NCBI GenBank assembly: GCA_964399755.1
Contig: CAYNSL010000003.1
Location: 840-64,839, forward strand
Source: an uncultured Chitinophaga sp.
GTDB lineage: Bacteria; Bacteroidota; Bacteroidia; Chitinophagales; Chitinophagaceae
Length of the DNA: 64,000 nt
Reading direction: 5' to 3'
The notes beneath the pieces are model-generated. The model worked only from the letters and a program-made list of their open reading frames with translations. It did not search any database and was not told where the DNA came from. Of this stretch, positions 19,396 to 29,752 are shown piece after piece. The position numbers and the translations under genes are program-made. Position 1 is the stretch's first letter; every line of letters begins with the position of its first letter.

Positions 19396-19935
19396 TCAGC
19401 GCAGGTAGGCCGCCAGTTCGGCGGGTTCGCTGATCACGGTAATCGCTTTTTCCGCTTCCGCATACAGAAATTGCTTTTCATGCATCTGCCGGATATGGCG
19501 GATCAGGTGATCGTAGAAACCTCCCGAGTTCAGGATGAAAATCTGTTTATCGTGGATCGTCAGCTGGTTCCAGGTTAATATCTCGAAGAATTCATCCATC
19601 GTGCCGAAGCCGCCGGGCAGGATCAGCGCCGCGTCGCAGAGACTATACAGGGTTTTCTTGCGCTCGTGCATATCATCGCTGATGATCAGTTCGGTGATCC
19701 GGTGGTGCTGTTTTTCCCATTCCAGTAATAATTTCGGGATAATCCCCGTAACGAGGCCTCCCTGTTCCAGCACGCTGTCGGCCAGCACTCCCATTAACCC
19801 CGCGCTACCCGCGCCGTAAACCAGTTTTATTTTATGCGCGGCCAGTAAAACGCCAAGCGCTTTCGCATGCTGCGCGTATAAGGGATCATTGCCTTCTTTG
19901 GAACCGCAGAAAACCGCGAGTGATTGTATCGGCAT
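19396..19935 (-). CDS. LOG family nucleotide phosphoribohydrolase (TIGR00730-like Rossmann fold)
   Basis: AVFCGS, LVYGAG..GLMG, MHERK, LPGGFGTMDE. Confidence 0.9.
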   Translation of the reverse strand: MPIQSLAVFCGSKEGNDPLYAQHAKALGVLLAAHKIKLVYGAGSAGLMGVLADSVLEQGGLVTGIIPKLLLEWEKQHHRITELIISDDMHERKKTLYSLCDAALILPGGFGTMDEFFEILTWNQLTIHDKQIFILNSGGFYDHLIRHIRQMHEKQFLYAEAEKAITVISEPAELAAYLR

Positions 19936-20038
19936 ATTCTTCTAAATTGCGGTAAAGGGAAGGCAAATTTCTTTACCTTCAAAATCCGGTAATGCACATT
20001 CGCCATTTCTAACGATTGCTTAAAAGAAACCAGTTCGT

Positions 20039-21562
20039 ATGTCCCCAACCGTATTGTTTTTATTTGTGATCGGCTATTTCGTCCTCCTGCTTGCTGTGGC
20101 CTGGTACACTTCCCGCAATGCCAATAATGAATCCTTTTTTATCGGCAACCGCAACAGCAACTGGATGCTGGTGGCATTCGGGATGATCGGGACCTCGCTC
20201 TCGGGGGTTACGTTTGTAAGCGTGCCCGGGGGCGTGGGCAGCGGCAATTTTTATTATTTCCAGGTGGTGCTGGGCTACCTCATCGGTTATATGGTGATCG
20301 CATTTGTACTGATCCCCCTGTATTACCGGATGAACCTCACCAGCATTTATACTTACCTCGAAAAACGCTTTGGCATCAACGCACATAAAGCGGGATCATT
20401 CTTCTTCATCATATCGCGGGTGTTCGGCGCCACGGCCCGCCTCTATCTCGTGATCAGCGTGCTCCAGACCTTTATCTTTAACCGTTTTCATATTCCGTTC
20501 GCCGTTACGACACTCGTTATTCTTTTGCTGATCCTGCTGTACACCTTTGAAGGCGGTGTAAAGACCATCGTTTATACGGATACGTTACAGACAACGGGCA
20601 TGCTGCTGGGACTGGTGGTCTGCGTGATCGCCGTGACAAAGGCGCTGGGAACGGATTTCGGCGGCGCCTGGAGCCTGATGAGTGAAAAGGGTTATAATCA
20701 CATTTTCAACTGGGATGTCAAATCGGCTTCTTACGCGTGGAAGCATATCATCGGGGGGATGTTCATCGCCATTGCCATGACGGGGCTCGACCAGGAAATG
20801 ATGCAGAAGAACATCAGCGTGAAAACGCTGAAGGACTCGCAGAAAAATATCATGACTTTCACCGGCGTACTGATGATCGTGAATTTTCTATTCCTCGTGC
20901 TGGGCGGGGTGCTGTATCTCTATGCGGCTTCAAACGGTATAAAAACGGCCCCCGATGACCTGTTCCCGACCATCGCGTTAAGCGACGCATTCAGCGGCAC
21001 GGTGGGGATTATCTTCATCATCGCGCTGATCTCCGCGCTCTTCCCCAGCGTGGACGGGGCCATCACTTCCCTGACTTCCTGTTTCTGTATCGATATCATC
21101 GGGCTGAACAAAAGCCAGGGCACCGAAAAAGAAAAGAAAAGGACCCGCCTGAAAGTGCATTTTACATTTGCGCTGGTATTTTTCCTGATGGTGCTGCTGT
21201 TTCGCTGGATGAACGATAAACTGATCATCGACTTCATCCTCAAATTCGCAGGGATCACCTATGGACCGCTCCTGGGTTTATTCGCTTTTGGTATCCTGAC
21301 CAAAAGAAAATTGAAGGAATCGCTTATCTGGCCCGTTTGCATCATCGCGCCCCTGCTGGCATTGGGAGTGGACCTGCTGAGTAATCCCGCCTGGTATGAG
21401 GCCAAGTTGCATGTAAACCTCGGTTTGCAATCACTATCATCGTCTTTGTTTAACGGGTATAAGATCGGGAACGAACTCATCCTGATCAACGGGATCTTCA
21501 CTTTTACCGGATTATGGATGATCTCAAAACCGGCCGTACCGGTTACGCTGAAAGCCGCATGA
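20039..21562 (+). CDS. Sodium:solute symporter family transporter
   Basis: About 13 TM helices; FFIGNRNS, GMIGTSLSGVTFVSVPG, GGVKTIVYTDTLQ, GLDQEMMQK. Confidence 0.9.
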   Translation: MSPTVLFLFVIGYFVLLLAVAWYTSRNANNESFFIGNRNSNWMLVAFGMIGTSLSGVTFVSVPGGVGSGNFYYFQVVLGYLIGYMVIAFVLIPLYYRMNLTSIYTYLEKRFGINAHKAGSFFFIISRVFGATARLYLVISVLQTFIFNRFHIPFAVTTLVILLLILLYTFEGGVKTIVYTDTLQTTGMLLGLVVCVIAVTKALGTDFGGAWSLMSEKGYNHIFNWDVKSASYAWKHIIGGMFIAIAMTGLDQEMMQKNISVKTLKDSQKNIMTFTGVLMIVNFLFLVLGGVLYLYAASNGIKTAPDDLFPTIALSDAFSGTVGIIFIIALISALFPSVDGAITSLTSCFCIDIIGLNKSQGTEKEKKRTRLKVHFTFALVFFLMVLLFRWMNDKLIIDFILKFAGITYGPLLGLFAFGILTKRKLKESLIWPVCIIAPLLALGVDLLSNPAWYEAKLHVNLGLQSLSSSLFNGYKIGNELILINGIFTFTGLWMISKPAVPVTLKAA

Positions 21563-21710
21563 TACAGTAACAGGGGATACATAAAACCTATCGATAAGTT
21601 CTTTTTATTGCCGGGAAGGCGGTAAGGCGGAAAGAAAATAAACCGGGAACAACTATTCCCGCCTATCCGGTATACCGCATTTGCATAGATTTTAATCAAA
21701 AACCAACCAT

Positions 21711-22064
21711 ATGCGTAAACAATTGCTTTCTCTTCTATTTGTTCCCCTCTTATCCCTGATGACCGCCTGTGGCGGCGGGGGAGGCGAAAAAAAAACCTCC
21801 GTGAAAGTGAGCGCGGCGATGCAGGATTTTATGAACAACTTCAACGGGCTTTCCGCTTCGGTTGTCGTTGCGCTTGAAAAATACTGTAAACCGGGTTGCG
21901 ATACGAAGGATATGGGCCTGTACAACCTCGAAAAACCGGTAGTGCTTGAAGCGAAGGGCGAATGCTACCTGCTGGAATGCAAGTCGGGAATCACCAAAAG
22001 AAAATATAATATCTGCTGGGAAGGAGATAAAATTGCTTCCATCGAAGACCGGGGCATGGAGTGA
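21711..22064 (+). CDS. Small Cys-rich lipoprotein, function unknown
   Basis: Lipobox LMTA-C followed by GGGGG; five further Cys in the mature part. Confidence 0.7.
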   Translation: MRKQLLSLLFVPLLSLMTACGGGGGEKKTSVKVSAAMQDFMNNFNGLSASVVVALEKYCKPGCDTKDMGLYNLEKPVVLEAKGECYLLECKSGITKRKYNICWEGDKIASIEDRGME

Positions 22065-22232
22065 TCCAATACGCCCGGTCGTATAAATATTTTATATGCC
22101 GGGAAGGCGGGAAGCCGGCTCAGGCTTAATTCGCTATTTAACATCTTTCTCCAAAGAAGTTCTTCGGACCGGCTATTTTCTAACGGTGGCATCAAACGAA
22201 AATCTTCAACTGAGAAACTGGTCATGCCGCAG

Positions 22233-22240
22233 TATCTTTG
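22233..22240 (+). promoter_or_regulatory. Bacteroidota -7 element TATCTTTG
   Basis: Exact TAnnTTTG 15 nt before the TTG start of the O-methyltransferase operon. Confidence 0.6.
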
Positions 22241-22254
22241 CATAAATTTTCCGT

Positions 22255-22893
22255 TTGGACCTGATACATCCATCCGTTCAGCAATATGCCGGAGATTTTA
22301 CTTCGGCCGAAGATGACCTGCTCCGGGAAATAAATGAATACACCGTTGCGCATCATCCCGAAGCCGTTATGCTCAGCGGTCATCTCCAGGGCAAGGTCCT
22401 TGAAATGATCAGCTGCATGATCCGTCCAAAGCGGATACTCGAAATCGGGACATTTACGGGCTACAGCGCGCTTTGCCTGGCCAAGGGACTTCCCGAAGAT
22501 GGCCTGTTACATACGATCGAAATGCGGGAGGAAGACGCGGCCCGTGCACGGGCTTATTTTGACCGGTCAGCCCTGGGATCCCGGATCGTCCTCCATACCG
22601 GGAATGCGGCGGATATCATTCCCGGGCTCGTAGAAACCTGGGATTTGGTCTTTATTGACGCGGATAAACCCGCTTATATTCAATATTTTAACCTGGTTTT
22701 TCCCCGATTGCGGAAAAACGGTTTTATTTTAGCGGATAATATCTTCTTTCACGGGCAGGTGCTGGACGAAAAAGTGACCGGAAAAAGCGCCAAAGGGATA
22801 CGTGATTTCAACGCCTTTATCCGGGAAAGAAACGATATTGAAAAAGTGGTGCTCACGATCCGTGACGGATTGTACCTGATCCGAAAACTATAA
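22255..22893 (+). CDS. Class I SAM-dependent O-methyltransferase (COMT/CCoAOMT-like, Methyltransf_3)
   Basis: LEIGTFTGYSAL, DLVFIDADK, ILADNIFF, IRDGL. Confidence 0.9.
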   Translation: MDLIHPSVQQYAGDFTSAEDDLLREINEYTVAHHPEAVMLSGHLQGKVLEMISCMIRPKRILEIGTFTGYSALCLAKGLPEDGLLHTIEMREEDAARARAYFDRSALGSRIVLHTGNAADIIPGLVETWDLVFIDADKPAYIQYFNLVFPRLRKNGFILADNIFFHGQVLDEKVTGKSAKGIRDFNAFIRERNDIEKVVLTIRDGLYLIRKL

Positions 22894-22904
22894 GAAAAGT
22901 ATCC

Positions 22905-23939
22905 ATGCAAAAAATGAAGAAAAACCTGCTGGTCCTTTTGCTCCTGTCTGCACTCAGCAGCCGGGCCCAGAATTCGGCTGTCATTCTCAATTATATTAAC
23001 ACGTATAAAGACCTGGCTATCGCCGAGATGCAACGCAGCGGCGTGCCGGCTTCCATCAAACTGGCGCAGGGCATACACGAAACACTGGCCGGTACGAGCG
23101 ACCTGGTGCAAAGATCCAACAATCACTTCGGGATCAAATGCAAATCGACATGGACGGGCGAATCGGTGAGCCATGATGACGACCTGAAAGGCGAATGTTT
23201 CCGGAAATATCCGACGGCGGAGGATTCTTACCGTGATCACTCCGACTTTTTAAGAAGCGGCCAGCGCTATGCATTCCTTTTTGCACTCGATCCTACCGAT
23301 TATAACGGCTGGGCCTGGGGACTGAAAAAAGCGGGATATGCTACCAGTCCCAAATACGCGCAGGCCCTGATCCGGCTGATCGAAGACTACCACCTGCAGG
23401 ATTATACGCTGATCGCCCTCGGCAAAAAAGACAGTTCCGGGAACCTGGCTTCCGTAACGGATCACGGCAATAATAAAACGGACGACGCCATGATCGCGGC
23501 GGGAGTCGTTGAAAAACCGGCCTACCCCGAAGGAAAATTCATTCTCAACGATACAAAAGTGGTGTATGCGCGCAGCGGCACTCCCTACTATGTGATCGCC
23601 CGGACCTATGATGTGGACCTTTCCAAAATATTCGAATACAACGAAATTCCCCGGGCCGAGACGGTAGAAAAGGACCAGCTCATTTTCCTGCAGCATAAAC
23701 GCAAAACGGGGTTCAATGCCATGCACGTAGTGCAGGAAGGGGAGAGCCTGCATGATATCGCGCAATCGGAAGCCATACGGCTGGAAAGCCTGCTGGAACT
23801 GAACGGCCTGAAAAAAGACGACCGCCCGGCGGTGGGAGAGCAACTGAGCCTGCAGAAAAAATCGCTGATGCCCCCGCGGCTGGCGGGAAAAAACAGTTTA
23901 TCATCGGTAAACGGCGATAAATCCAAAACCATTAACTAA
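22905..23939 (+). CDS. Glucosaminidase (GH73) domain peptidoglycan hydrolase with LysM domains
   Basis: LAQGIHET, NNHFGIKC, LKKAGYATSPKY, LysM 'HVVQEGESLHDIAQ...LLELN'. Confidence 0.9.
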   Translation: MQKMKKNLLVLLLLSALSSRAQNSAVILNYINTYKDLAIAEMQRSGVPASIKLAQGIHETLAGTSDLVQRSNNHFGIKCKSTWTGESVSHDDDLKGECFRKYPTAEDSYRDHSDFLRSGQRYAFLFALDPTDYNGWAWGLKKAGYATSPKYAQALIRLIEDYHLQDYTLIALGKKDSSGNLASVTDHGNNKTDDAMIAAGVVEKPAYPEGKFILNDTKVVYARSGTPYYVIARTYDVDLSKIFEYNEIPRAETVEKDQLIFLQHKRKTGFNAMHVVQEGESLHDIAQSEAIRLESLLELNGLKKDDRPAVGEQLSLQKKSLMPPRLAGKNSLSSVNGDKSKTIN

Positions 23940-23952
23940 GCAACCCCTTTTT

Positions 23953-24486
23953 ATGGCCGTGATCAAAGTGCATGACAAGTCATTTGACATATACCTCACC
24001 GAAGCCGTCATCCAGCAACGGGTAAAGGAAATGGCCGGCCAGATCAGCCGGGATTTTGCCGGGAAACGGCCGCTGTTCATCGCTATTCTCAACGGGTCGT
24101 TCATGTTTGCTGCCGATCTTTTCAAGCACCTGACCATCGAAGCGGAACTTTGTTTTATCAAGCTCGCATCCTACAAGGGATTGAAATCTTCCGGCAATGT
24201 CGTGACGTCGATCGGGCTCGAAGATGATATTTTCGGCAAGGAAATCATTATCGTGGAAGATATCGTGGACACCGGCAAAACCCTGCATAATTTCCTTCCC
24301 AAACTGATGCACCAGCAACCCCGCGCCCTGCGGATCGCGGCCCTGCTTCATAAATCGGAGGCGACCGAATACCCCCTGCAACTGGATTATGTGGGATTTG
24401 AAATTCCCAACAAATTCGTGGTGGGATACGGCCTGGATTACGACGGGCTTGGCCGTAACCTGAAAGAGATTTACCAGTTGGTGTAG
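23953..24486 (+). CDS. hpt: Hypoxanthine phosphoribosyltransferase
   Basis: ILNGSFMFAADL, IIVEDIVDTGKT, FVVGYGLDY. Confidence 0.95.
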   Translation: MAVIKVHDKSFDIYLTEAVIQQRVKEMAGQISRDFAGKRPLFIAILNGSFMFAADLFKHLTIEAELCFIKLASYKGLKSSGNVVTSIGLEDDIFGKEIIIVEDIVDTGKTLHNFLPKLMHQQPRALRIAALLHKSEATEYPLQLDYVGFEIPNKFVVGYGLDYDGLGRNLKEIYQLV

Positions 24487-24539
24487 GTTCAGGACGGCTA
24501 TGCGCCTTTTTTTGTAACTTATCGGGTTAATATATCCAT

Positions 24540-26324
24540 CTGAAGACCGCTTGTCATATCATACTGTTCTTATTCATTAGTTCGTCCTTATGCGCCCAGC
24601 AATACTATGTGCGGGGAGAAGTAAAGGATGAAAGCGGCAATATTTTACAGAATGTAACCATCCTGCAGCACCGGACCGGCTATATATTCCGGAGCGGTTC
24701 ACTCGGCACATTCGGCATCGTGTCCAATTACCAGGTGGACACCCTGAGTTTTTCACTGGAAGGATTCCGCACAGAGCGCATCGTGGCCAATGCGGATAAT
24801 TACCTGAGCATAAAAATGAAATTACTGCCGATCTCCGCTTCCAATACCCGCCGCGATAAACTCGCTTCGCTTACCAAGGACCTTGACAAAGAAGAGCAAA
24901 AGACCTGGTTTACCGGCGATGAAACCTATGCCAGCCTGCTGGAGAATCATTTCATCAATGCCCGGAAATTTCCAAATACGGGAATGTCGCTTGATGTTGA
25001 CCGCGCTTCTTACAGCAATATCCGCCGCTTTATCACACTGAATTCGCTCGTGCCTCCCGATGCGGTGCGTATCGAAGAAATGCTGAATTATTTTAACCTG
25101 GATTACCATGAACCGAAAGGGGATGAACTTTTCCATATCCGCACCACGCTGAGCGCCTGCCCCTGGAATGAGGATAACCAGCTTTTTTATATCAATCTTT
25201 CTTCCAAGAAGCTGAACCTCGATTCGCTGCCGCCCAGTCACCTTGTTTTCCTGATCGATGTATCCGGATCGATGGATATGACCAACCGCCTGCCCCTGCT
25301 GAAATCGGCGTTCAGGCTGCTGGTGAACAACCTTCGTGAAAAAGATTCGGTGGCGATCGTGGTATATGGCGGCGTAACCGGGGTGATGTTGAACAGCACC
25401 AGCGGCGCGGAAAAGGAAAAGATCCTCAAAGTACTCGATGAACTGACACCGGGCGGTTCCACGCCGGGAGAATCCGGGATCAAACTGGCCTACAGCGTGG
25501 CCCGGAATCATTTCATCGAGGGGGGCAATAACCGGGTGATCCTCGCCACCGACGGCGATTTTAATGTCGGGATGAAAACAGAGGAGGAACTGGATGAACT
25601 GATCTCCAAACAGCGCGAGTCCGGCATATACCTTACCTGTCTCGGTGTGGGCATGGGCAATTATAAGGATTCCAAGATCCAGCTCCTGGCTAATAAAGGC
25701 AATGGCAATTTCGCTTACCTCGACAATTTCAAGGAAGCGGAAAAGGTACTGCTCAGGGAATTTACGCAGACCCTCTATGCCGTAGCCGATAACGTATATA
25801 TGAATGTTGGCTTCAACCCTGAATACGTGAAGGAATACCGGCTGATCGGGTTTGATAATAAAGTGGGCGCCCTGCGGGATTCAATGTCTGTCATCGAAGG
25901 GGGAGAGATCGGTTCGGGTTATTCCATGGTGGCCCTGTTCGAGATCGTACCAACGGACATCAATAAAAGTTCAGTAAAGAATAATTTCACCACGGGCAAA
26001 TTCGCCGATATCAAACTCGATTTCCGGCATCCCAACGATGAAAAGGAATGCCAGCTCAGTCATGCCTGTCCTTTCGAATACACTCCCTTTCCCGAACTCG
26101 ATAAGTCCAGCCAGTTCTCCGCCGCCGTGGCCATGTTTGGATCCCTGCTGCGCAGTTCCGTCTTTGTAAAAAATGCAGGCTGGAGTGATATTATCGCACT
26201 GGCGCAAAACGCGTCCGGCGCCAACGATCTTTTACAAAAGGAGTTCATCAGCCTGGTGCAGCAGGCAAAATTGCTGTATACAAAAGTGAAAAAGAAAAAA
26301 GGCGGGGGCACGCAGCAGTGGTGA
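24540..26324 (+). CDS. YfbK-like von Willebrand factor A domain protein (with DUF3520-type C-terminus)
   Basis: VDRASYSNIRR, VRIEEMLNYF, FLIDVSGSM (MIDAS), ILATDGDFNVG, EYRLIGFDN. The frame extends upstream of the ORF-track GTG (24609) to CTG 24540, giving a signal peptide MKTACHIILFLFISSSLCA-Q. Confidence 0.88.
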   Translation: MKTACHIILFLFISSSLCAQQYYVRGEVKDESGNILQNVTILQHRTGYIFRSGSLGTFGIVSNYQVDTLSFSLEGFRTERIVANADNYLSIKMKLLPISASNTRRDKLASLTKDLDKEEQKTWFTGDETYASLLENHFINARKFPNTGMSLDVDRASYSNIRRFITLNSLVPPDAVRIEEMLNYFNLDYHEPKGDELFHIRTTLSACPWNEDNQLFYINLSSKKLNLDSLPPSHLVFLIDVSGSMDMTNRLPLLKSAFRLLVNNLREKDSVAIVVYGGVTGVMLNSTSGAEKEKILKVLDELTPGGSTPGESGIKLAYSVARNHFIEGGNNRVILATDGDFNVGMKTEEELDELISKQRESGIYLTCLGVGMGNYKDSKIQLLANKGNGNFAYLDNFKEAEKVLLREFTQTLYAVADNVYMNVGFNPEYVKEYRLIGFDNKVGALRDSMSVIEGGEIGSGYSMVALFEIVPTDINKSSVKNNFTTGKFADIKLDFRHPNDEKECQLSHACPFEYTPFPELDKSSQFSAAVAMFGSLLRSSVFVKNAGWSDIIALAQNASGANDLLQKEFISLVQQAKLLYTKVKKKKGGGTQQW

Positions 26325-26328
26325 TCCC

Positions 26329-27492
26329 TCAGGAAAACATCTCCTTGATTTTATCGAAGAAATTCTTGCCGCCCTTGTCCGGGTGGGGTTTGAAATTGGG
26401 CGATTGTCCCAGTTTCTCCAGCAGGGCTTTTTCTTCGGAACTGAGGTGCTGGGGTGTCCAGATATTTACCTGTATCAGCTGGTCGCCTTTCTGGTAAGAA
26501 TTTACGGCCGGGAATCCCTTTCCTTTCAGCCGGAATATTTTACCGCTCTGGGTGCCCGCGGGTATTTTGATTTTTGCGCGCCCGTCGATGGTAGGCACTT
26601 CCACCTGCGTGCCAAAGACCGCATCCGTGAATGAAAGATGTAATTCATAAGCTACATTCAACCCTTCGCGGTGCAGTTCGCGGTGCGGTTCTTCTTCGAT
26701 CAGTACGATCAGGTCGCCGGGAGGACCGCCCCTTTCACCGGCGTTACCGCGGCCGCTGATGTTTAATTGCATGCCTTCCTGCACACCGGCCGGGATATCG
26801 ATATTCACGGTTTCCTCGGCATAAACCCTTCCTTCTCCTTTACAAGTGCCGCATTTGGCGGTAACCGTAGTGCCTTCGCCGCCGCAGGACGGGCAGGTTG
26901 TTACAGTTTGCATCTGACCGAGGAAAGTATTTTGAACTTTGCGTACCTGGCCGCTCCCGCCGCAGGTTGTACAGGTTTGAACGCTGCCCTTGTCTTTGGC
27001 TCCGCTGCCGCCGCAGGTATTGCAGCCAACATATTTTTTAACCTTGATATTCTTGGTAACGCCTTTGGCGATCTCTTCATAGGTAAGCCGCAGTTTGACG
27101 CGCAGGTTGCTGCCCCGGATACCGCGGCTGCGTTGTTGTCCCCGCCCGCTTCTTCCGCCGCCGCCGCCAAAAAATCCGCCGAATAGATCTTCTCCGAAAA
27201 TATCCCCGAACTGGCTGAAGATGTCTTCCATGTTCATGCCGCCGCCGTAACCCCCGCGGCCATTACCGCTTACCCCCGCGTGTCCATAGCGGTCATACTG
27301 CGCTTTTTTATCCGTATCGCTCAGCACTTCATACGCTTCGGCCGCTTCTTTGAACTTTTCTTCCGCCGCTTTATCACCCGGGTTCCGGTCCGGATGGTAT
27401 TGCATGGCCACTTTACGGTATGCTTTTTTGATCTCATCCGCGGAAGCGCCCTTGCTCACGCCCAGTATTTCGTAATAATCCCTCTTTGACAT
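26329..27492 (-). CDS. dnaJ: Chaperone DnaJ
   Basis: J domain with HPD, G/F region, four CxxCxGxG zinc motifs. Confidence 0.98.
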   Translation of the reverse strand: MSKRDYYEILGVSKGASADEIKKAYRKVAMQYHPDRNPGDKAAEEKFKEAAEAYEVLSDTDKKAQYDRYGHAGVSGNGRGGYGGGMNMEDIFSQFGDIFGEDLFGGFFGGGGGRSGRGQQRSRGIRGSNLRVKLRLTYEEIAKGVTKNIKVKKYVGCNTCGGSGAKDKGSVQTCTTCGGSGQVRKVQNTFLGQMQTVTTCPSCGGEGTTVTAKCGTCKGEGRVYAEETVNIDIPAGVQEGMQLNISGRGNAGERGGPPGDLIVLIEEEPHRELHREGLNVAYELHLSFTDAVFGTQVEVPTIDGRAKIKIPAGTQSGKIFRLKGKGFPAVNSYQKGDQLIQVNIWTPQHLSSEEKALLEKLGQSPNFKPHPDKGGKNFFDKIKEMFS

Positions 27493-27528
27493 GGATAGAT
27501 GCTACGTTTATTAATTTTATTCAAACCC

Positions 27529-27583
27529 GCTCACAGCTCACAGCTCGCAGCTCAAAGCTTAAGCTAATAGTTAATAGCTCACT
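27529..27583. repeat. Heptamer tandem repeat (GCTCACA-like x ~8) between grpE and dnaJ
   Basis: gctcaca gctcaca gctcgca gctcaaa gcttaa gctaata gttaata gctcact. Confidence 0.8.
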
Positions 27584-28151
27584 TCCCCACCACCACTTTC
27601 GCGTGCCGGATGATCTTATCGTTCAGGTAATATCCTTTCATGACTTCATCCACGATCTTACCCTTCAAATCCTCGGTCGCCGCCGGGATTTCTGTAATGG
27701 CCTCATGCAGGTCGGGATTAAAAGGCTGGTTCAGGGTCTCCATGCTTTTCACACCACGGGCCTGCAGGGTGGAACGCAGCTTGGTAAAGACCAGCATCAC
27801 CCCTTCTTTCAGGGCCGCGGGGCCTTCACTCGTTTCAAGCTGTTTCTGGGCCCGGTCGCAATCATCGAGCACGTCAAGCAGGTCGGTGATCACATCCCGG
27901 CCCGCGGTCTGGATCAGCTCCATCCTTTCTTTGGCCGTTCTGCGTTTATAGTTCTCGAATTCGGCCACTTTCCGGAGGTACTTGTCCCTGAATTCATCCA
28001 GTTCGGCTTTCAGTTTTTCCAGGTCCGAATCCTCACCAACCGGTTCGTTCAGGTGGGTGGTCCCGCTTAAATTTTCATCGGTGTTGATATCCAATCCCGT
28101 ATCCGCAGCCGGGATGGCGCCATCTTTCCCGTTCATGTCTTTTTCTGCCAT
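27579..28151 (-). CDS. grpE: Nucleotide exchange factor GrpE
   Basis: KYLRKVAEFENYKRR, FNPDLHEAI, KGYYLNDKIIRHAKVVVGK; start set at ATG 28151 (MAEKD). Confidence 0.96.
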   Translation of the reverse strand: MAEKDMNGKDGAIPAADTGLDINTDENLSGTTHLNEPVGEDSDLEKLKAELDEFRDKYLRKVAEFENYKRRTAKERMELIQTAGRDVITDLLDVLDDCDRAQKQLETSEGPAALKEGVMLVFTKLRSTLQARGVKSMETLNQPFNPDLHEAITEIPAATEDLKGKIVDEVMKGYYLNDKIIRHAKVVVGK

Positions 28152-28325
28152 TTTTTTCAAATTGACTGCAAAGGTAAGCCAGTCAAGAATATTGCCAACC
28201 ATTAATATATGGCTGTAAAGGCACGGTTTGGGACAAAATTGCAGGAAGTAAGGTAACAGATTTCAGTATACAATAAACAGTCGGCAGTTTGTCAACCAAT
28301 ATTCGGCAGTTCAAAGCAAGCACAC

Positions 28326-28365
28326 ACTCCTGACTCCTAACTCCTAACTAACGACTCCGAACTAA
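28326..28365. repeat. Heptamer tandem repeat (ACTCCTA-like x ~5)
   Basis: actcctg actccta actccta actaacg actccga in the grpE/methyltransferase divergent spacer. Confidence 0.75.
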
Positions 28366-28396
28366 ATCTCCGGTCTTCACTACCTTGCAGCCCGTT

Positions 28397-29569
28397 ATGA
28401 TCAATGTTTATCTGAAAAGAAAGATCTCCCCGCGTGTAGCCAATGGCCATCCCTGGATATTTGCCAATGAAGTAGACAAAACGGATGGCGAACCTGCGGG
28501 AGAGGAGACGGTCGCCGTATTTACCCATGATAAAAAATTCCTCGGCAAGGGATATATCAACCCCAAATCGCAGATCCTGGTACGGTTGCTCACGCGCGAC
28601 CGGAATGAAGAGATAGATGATTCTTTCTTCTTAAAAAAAATTACCGCCTGCCGTGATTACAGGAATAAACTGGGATATACCGAAAACTGCCGGCTGGTGT
28701 TCGGTGAGGCCGACGGGCTGCCGCAGCTGATTGTCGATAAATTCAATGATTATTTCGTGCTGCAAACGCTGGCCCTGGGTATCGATAACTGGAAGCCGGC
28801 CATTGTGAAAGCCATTCAGACCATTTTTAACCCGAAGGGCATTTATGAACGCAACGATGTACCGGTACGGGAACTGGAAGGATTGCCCCAGCAGAAAGGA
28901 TTTTTATCGGCGCCTTTCGACACGAAGATCATCATCCGTGAAAACGGCCTTCAGTTCTATGTGGACATTGAAAACGGGCAGAAAACGGGTTATTTCCTCG
29001 ACCAGCAGGATAACCGCCGCGCCATTCAGCATATCGTAAAAGACGCCGAAGTGCTGGGCGCCTTTACCTATACGGGCACATTCGAGATCCACGCGGCGCA
29101 TTATGGGGCCCGTTCGGTACTGGGTCTCGATATATCGGCATCTGCCGTGGAACAGGCCAATGCCAACGCCCGGCTGAACGGACTGGAAAATAAATGCCGG
29201 TTTGAAACTGCAAACGCTTTTGATGTGCTGAAACAATGGTCGCGCGAAGGAAAACAATACGATGTGGTGATGCTCGATCCGCCCGCTTTTACCAAGAGCA
29301 GGGAAACGATTCAGAAAGCGATCACCGGTTATAAAGAGATCAACCTGCGCGGGATGAAACTGCTCAGACCCGGGGGCTTCCTCGTCACATCTTCCTGCAC
29401 CAACCTGGTAAACCCCGACCTGTTTCTGGAGGTGATCGATCTCGCGGCCCGTGATGCGCGCAGGAAGATCAGGCAGGTAACTTTCCAAACGCAATCCGGC
29501 GACCATCCCGTGATCAGGGGAATAGATAACACCCATTATTTGAAATTCCTGGTGATTGAAGTGCAGTGA
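28397..29569 (+). CDS. rlmI: 23S rRNA m5C1962-type methyltransferase (RlmI family, PUA plus SAM-MTase)
   Basis: GHPWIFANEV, GEADGLPQLIVD, GQKTGYFLDQQDNR, VVMLDPPAF. Confidence 0.85.
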   Translation: MINVYLKRKISPRVANGHPWIFANEVDKTDGEPAGEETVAVFTHDKKFLGKGYINPKSQILVRLLTRDRNEEIDDSFFLKKITACRDYRNKLGYTENCRLVFGEADGLPQLIVDKFNDYFVLQTLALGIDNWKPAIVKAIQTIFNPKGIYERNDVPVRELEGLPQQKGFLSAPFDTKIIIRENGLQFYVDIENGQKTGYFLDQQDNRRAIQHIVKDAEVLGAFTYTGTFEIHAAHYGARSVLGLDISASAVEQANANARLNGLENKCRFETANAFDVLKQWSREGKQYDVVMLDPPAFTKSRETIQKAITGYKEINLRGMKLLRPGGFLVTSSCTNLVNPDLFLEVIDLAARDARRKIRQVTFQTQSGDHPVIRGIDNTHYLKFLVIEVQ

Positions 29570-29752
29570 GGAGCGGAACTGCCTTTATCAAGTTTAAAAA
29601 CTTCCTTAACCCCATAACCGGAACCGGAACGATTTTTTACATTTTAGGGGACAGGGCCGAGCATATCCGGATTCCAATACAGGAAGCGTGAGGGCAAAAA
29701 AAAATCAGGATGACCTGAATTTAATATGAAATAATAAAATAGTGAAAAGGTA

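Noticed and set aside
19396-19935. Lysine decarboxylase
   Set aside because: Well-known misannotation of LOG family proteins; the PGGxGTxxE motif indicates a phosphoribohydrolase.
27486-28070. ORF antisense to grpE and the many other long antisense or overlapping ORFs in the track (e.g. 1601-2272, 8243-8863, 33876-34778, 43027-44157, 62370-63389)
   Set aside because: Each lies opposite a gene with clear family motifs and has no motif of its own; expected shadow ORFs at this GC content.
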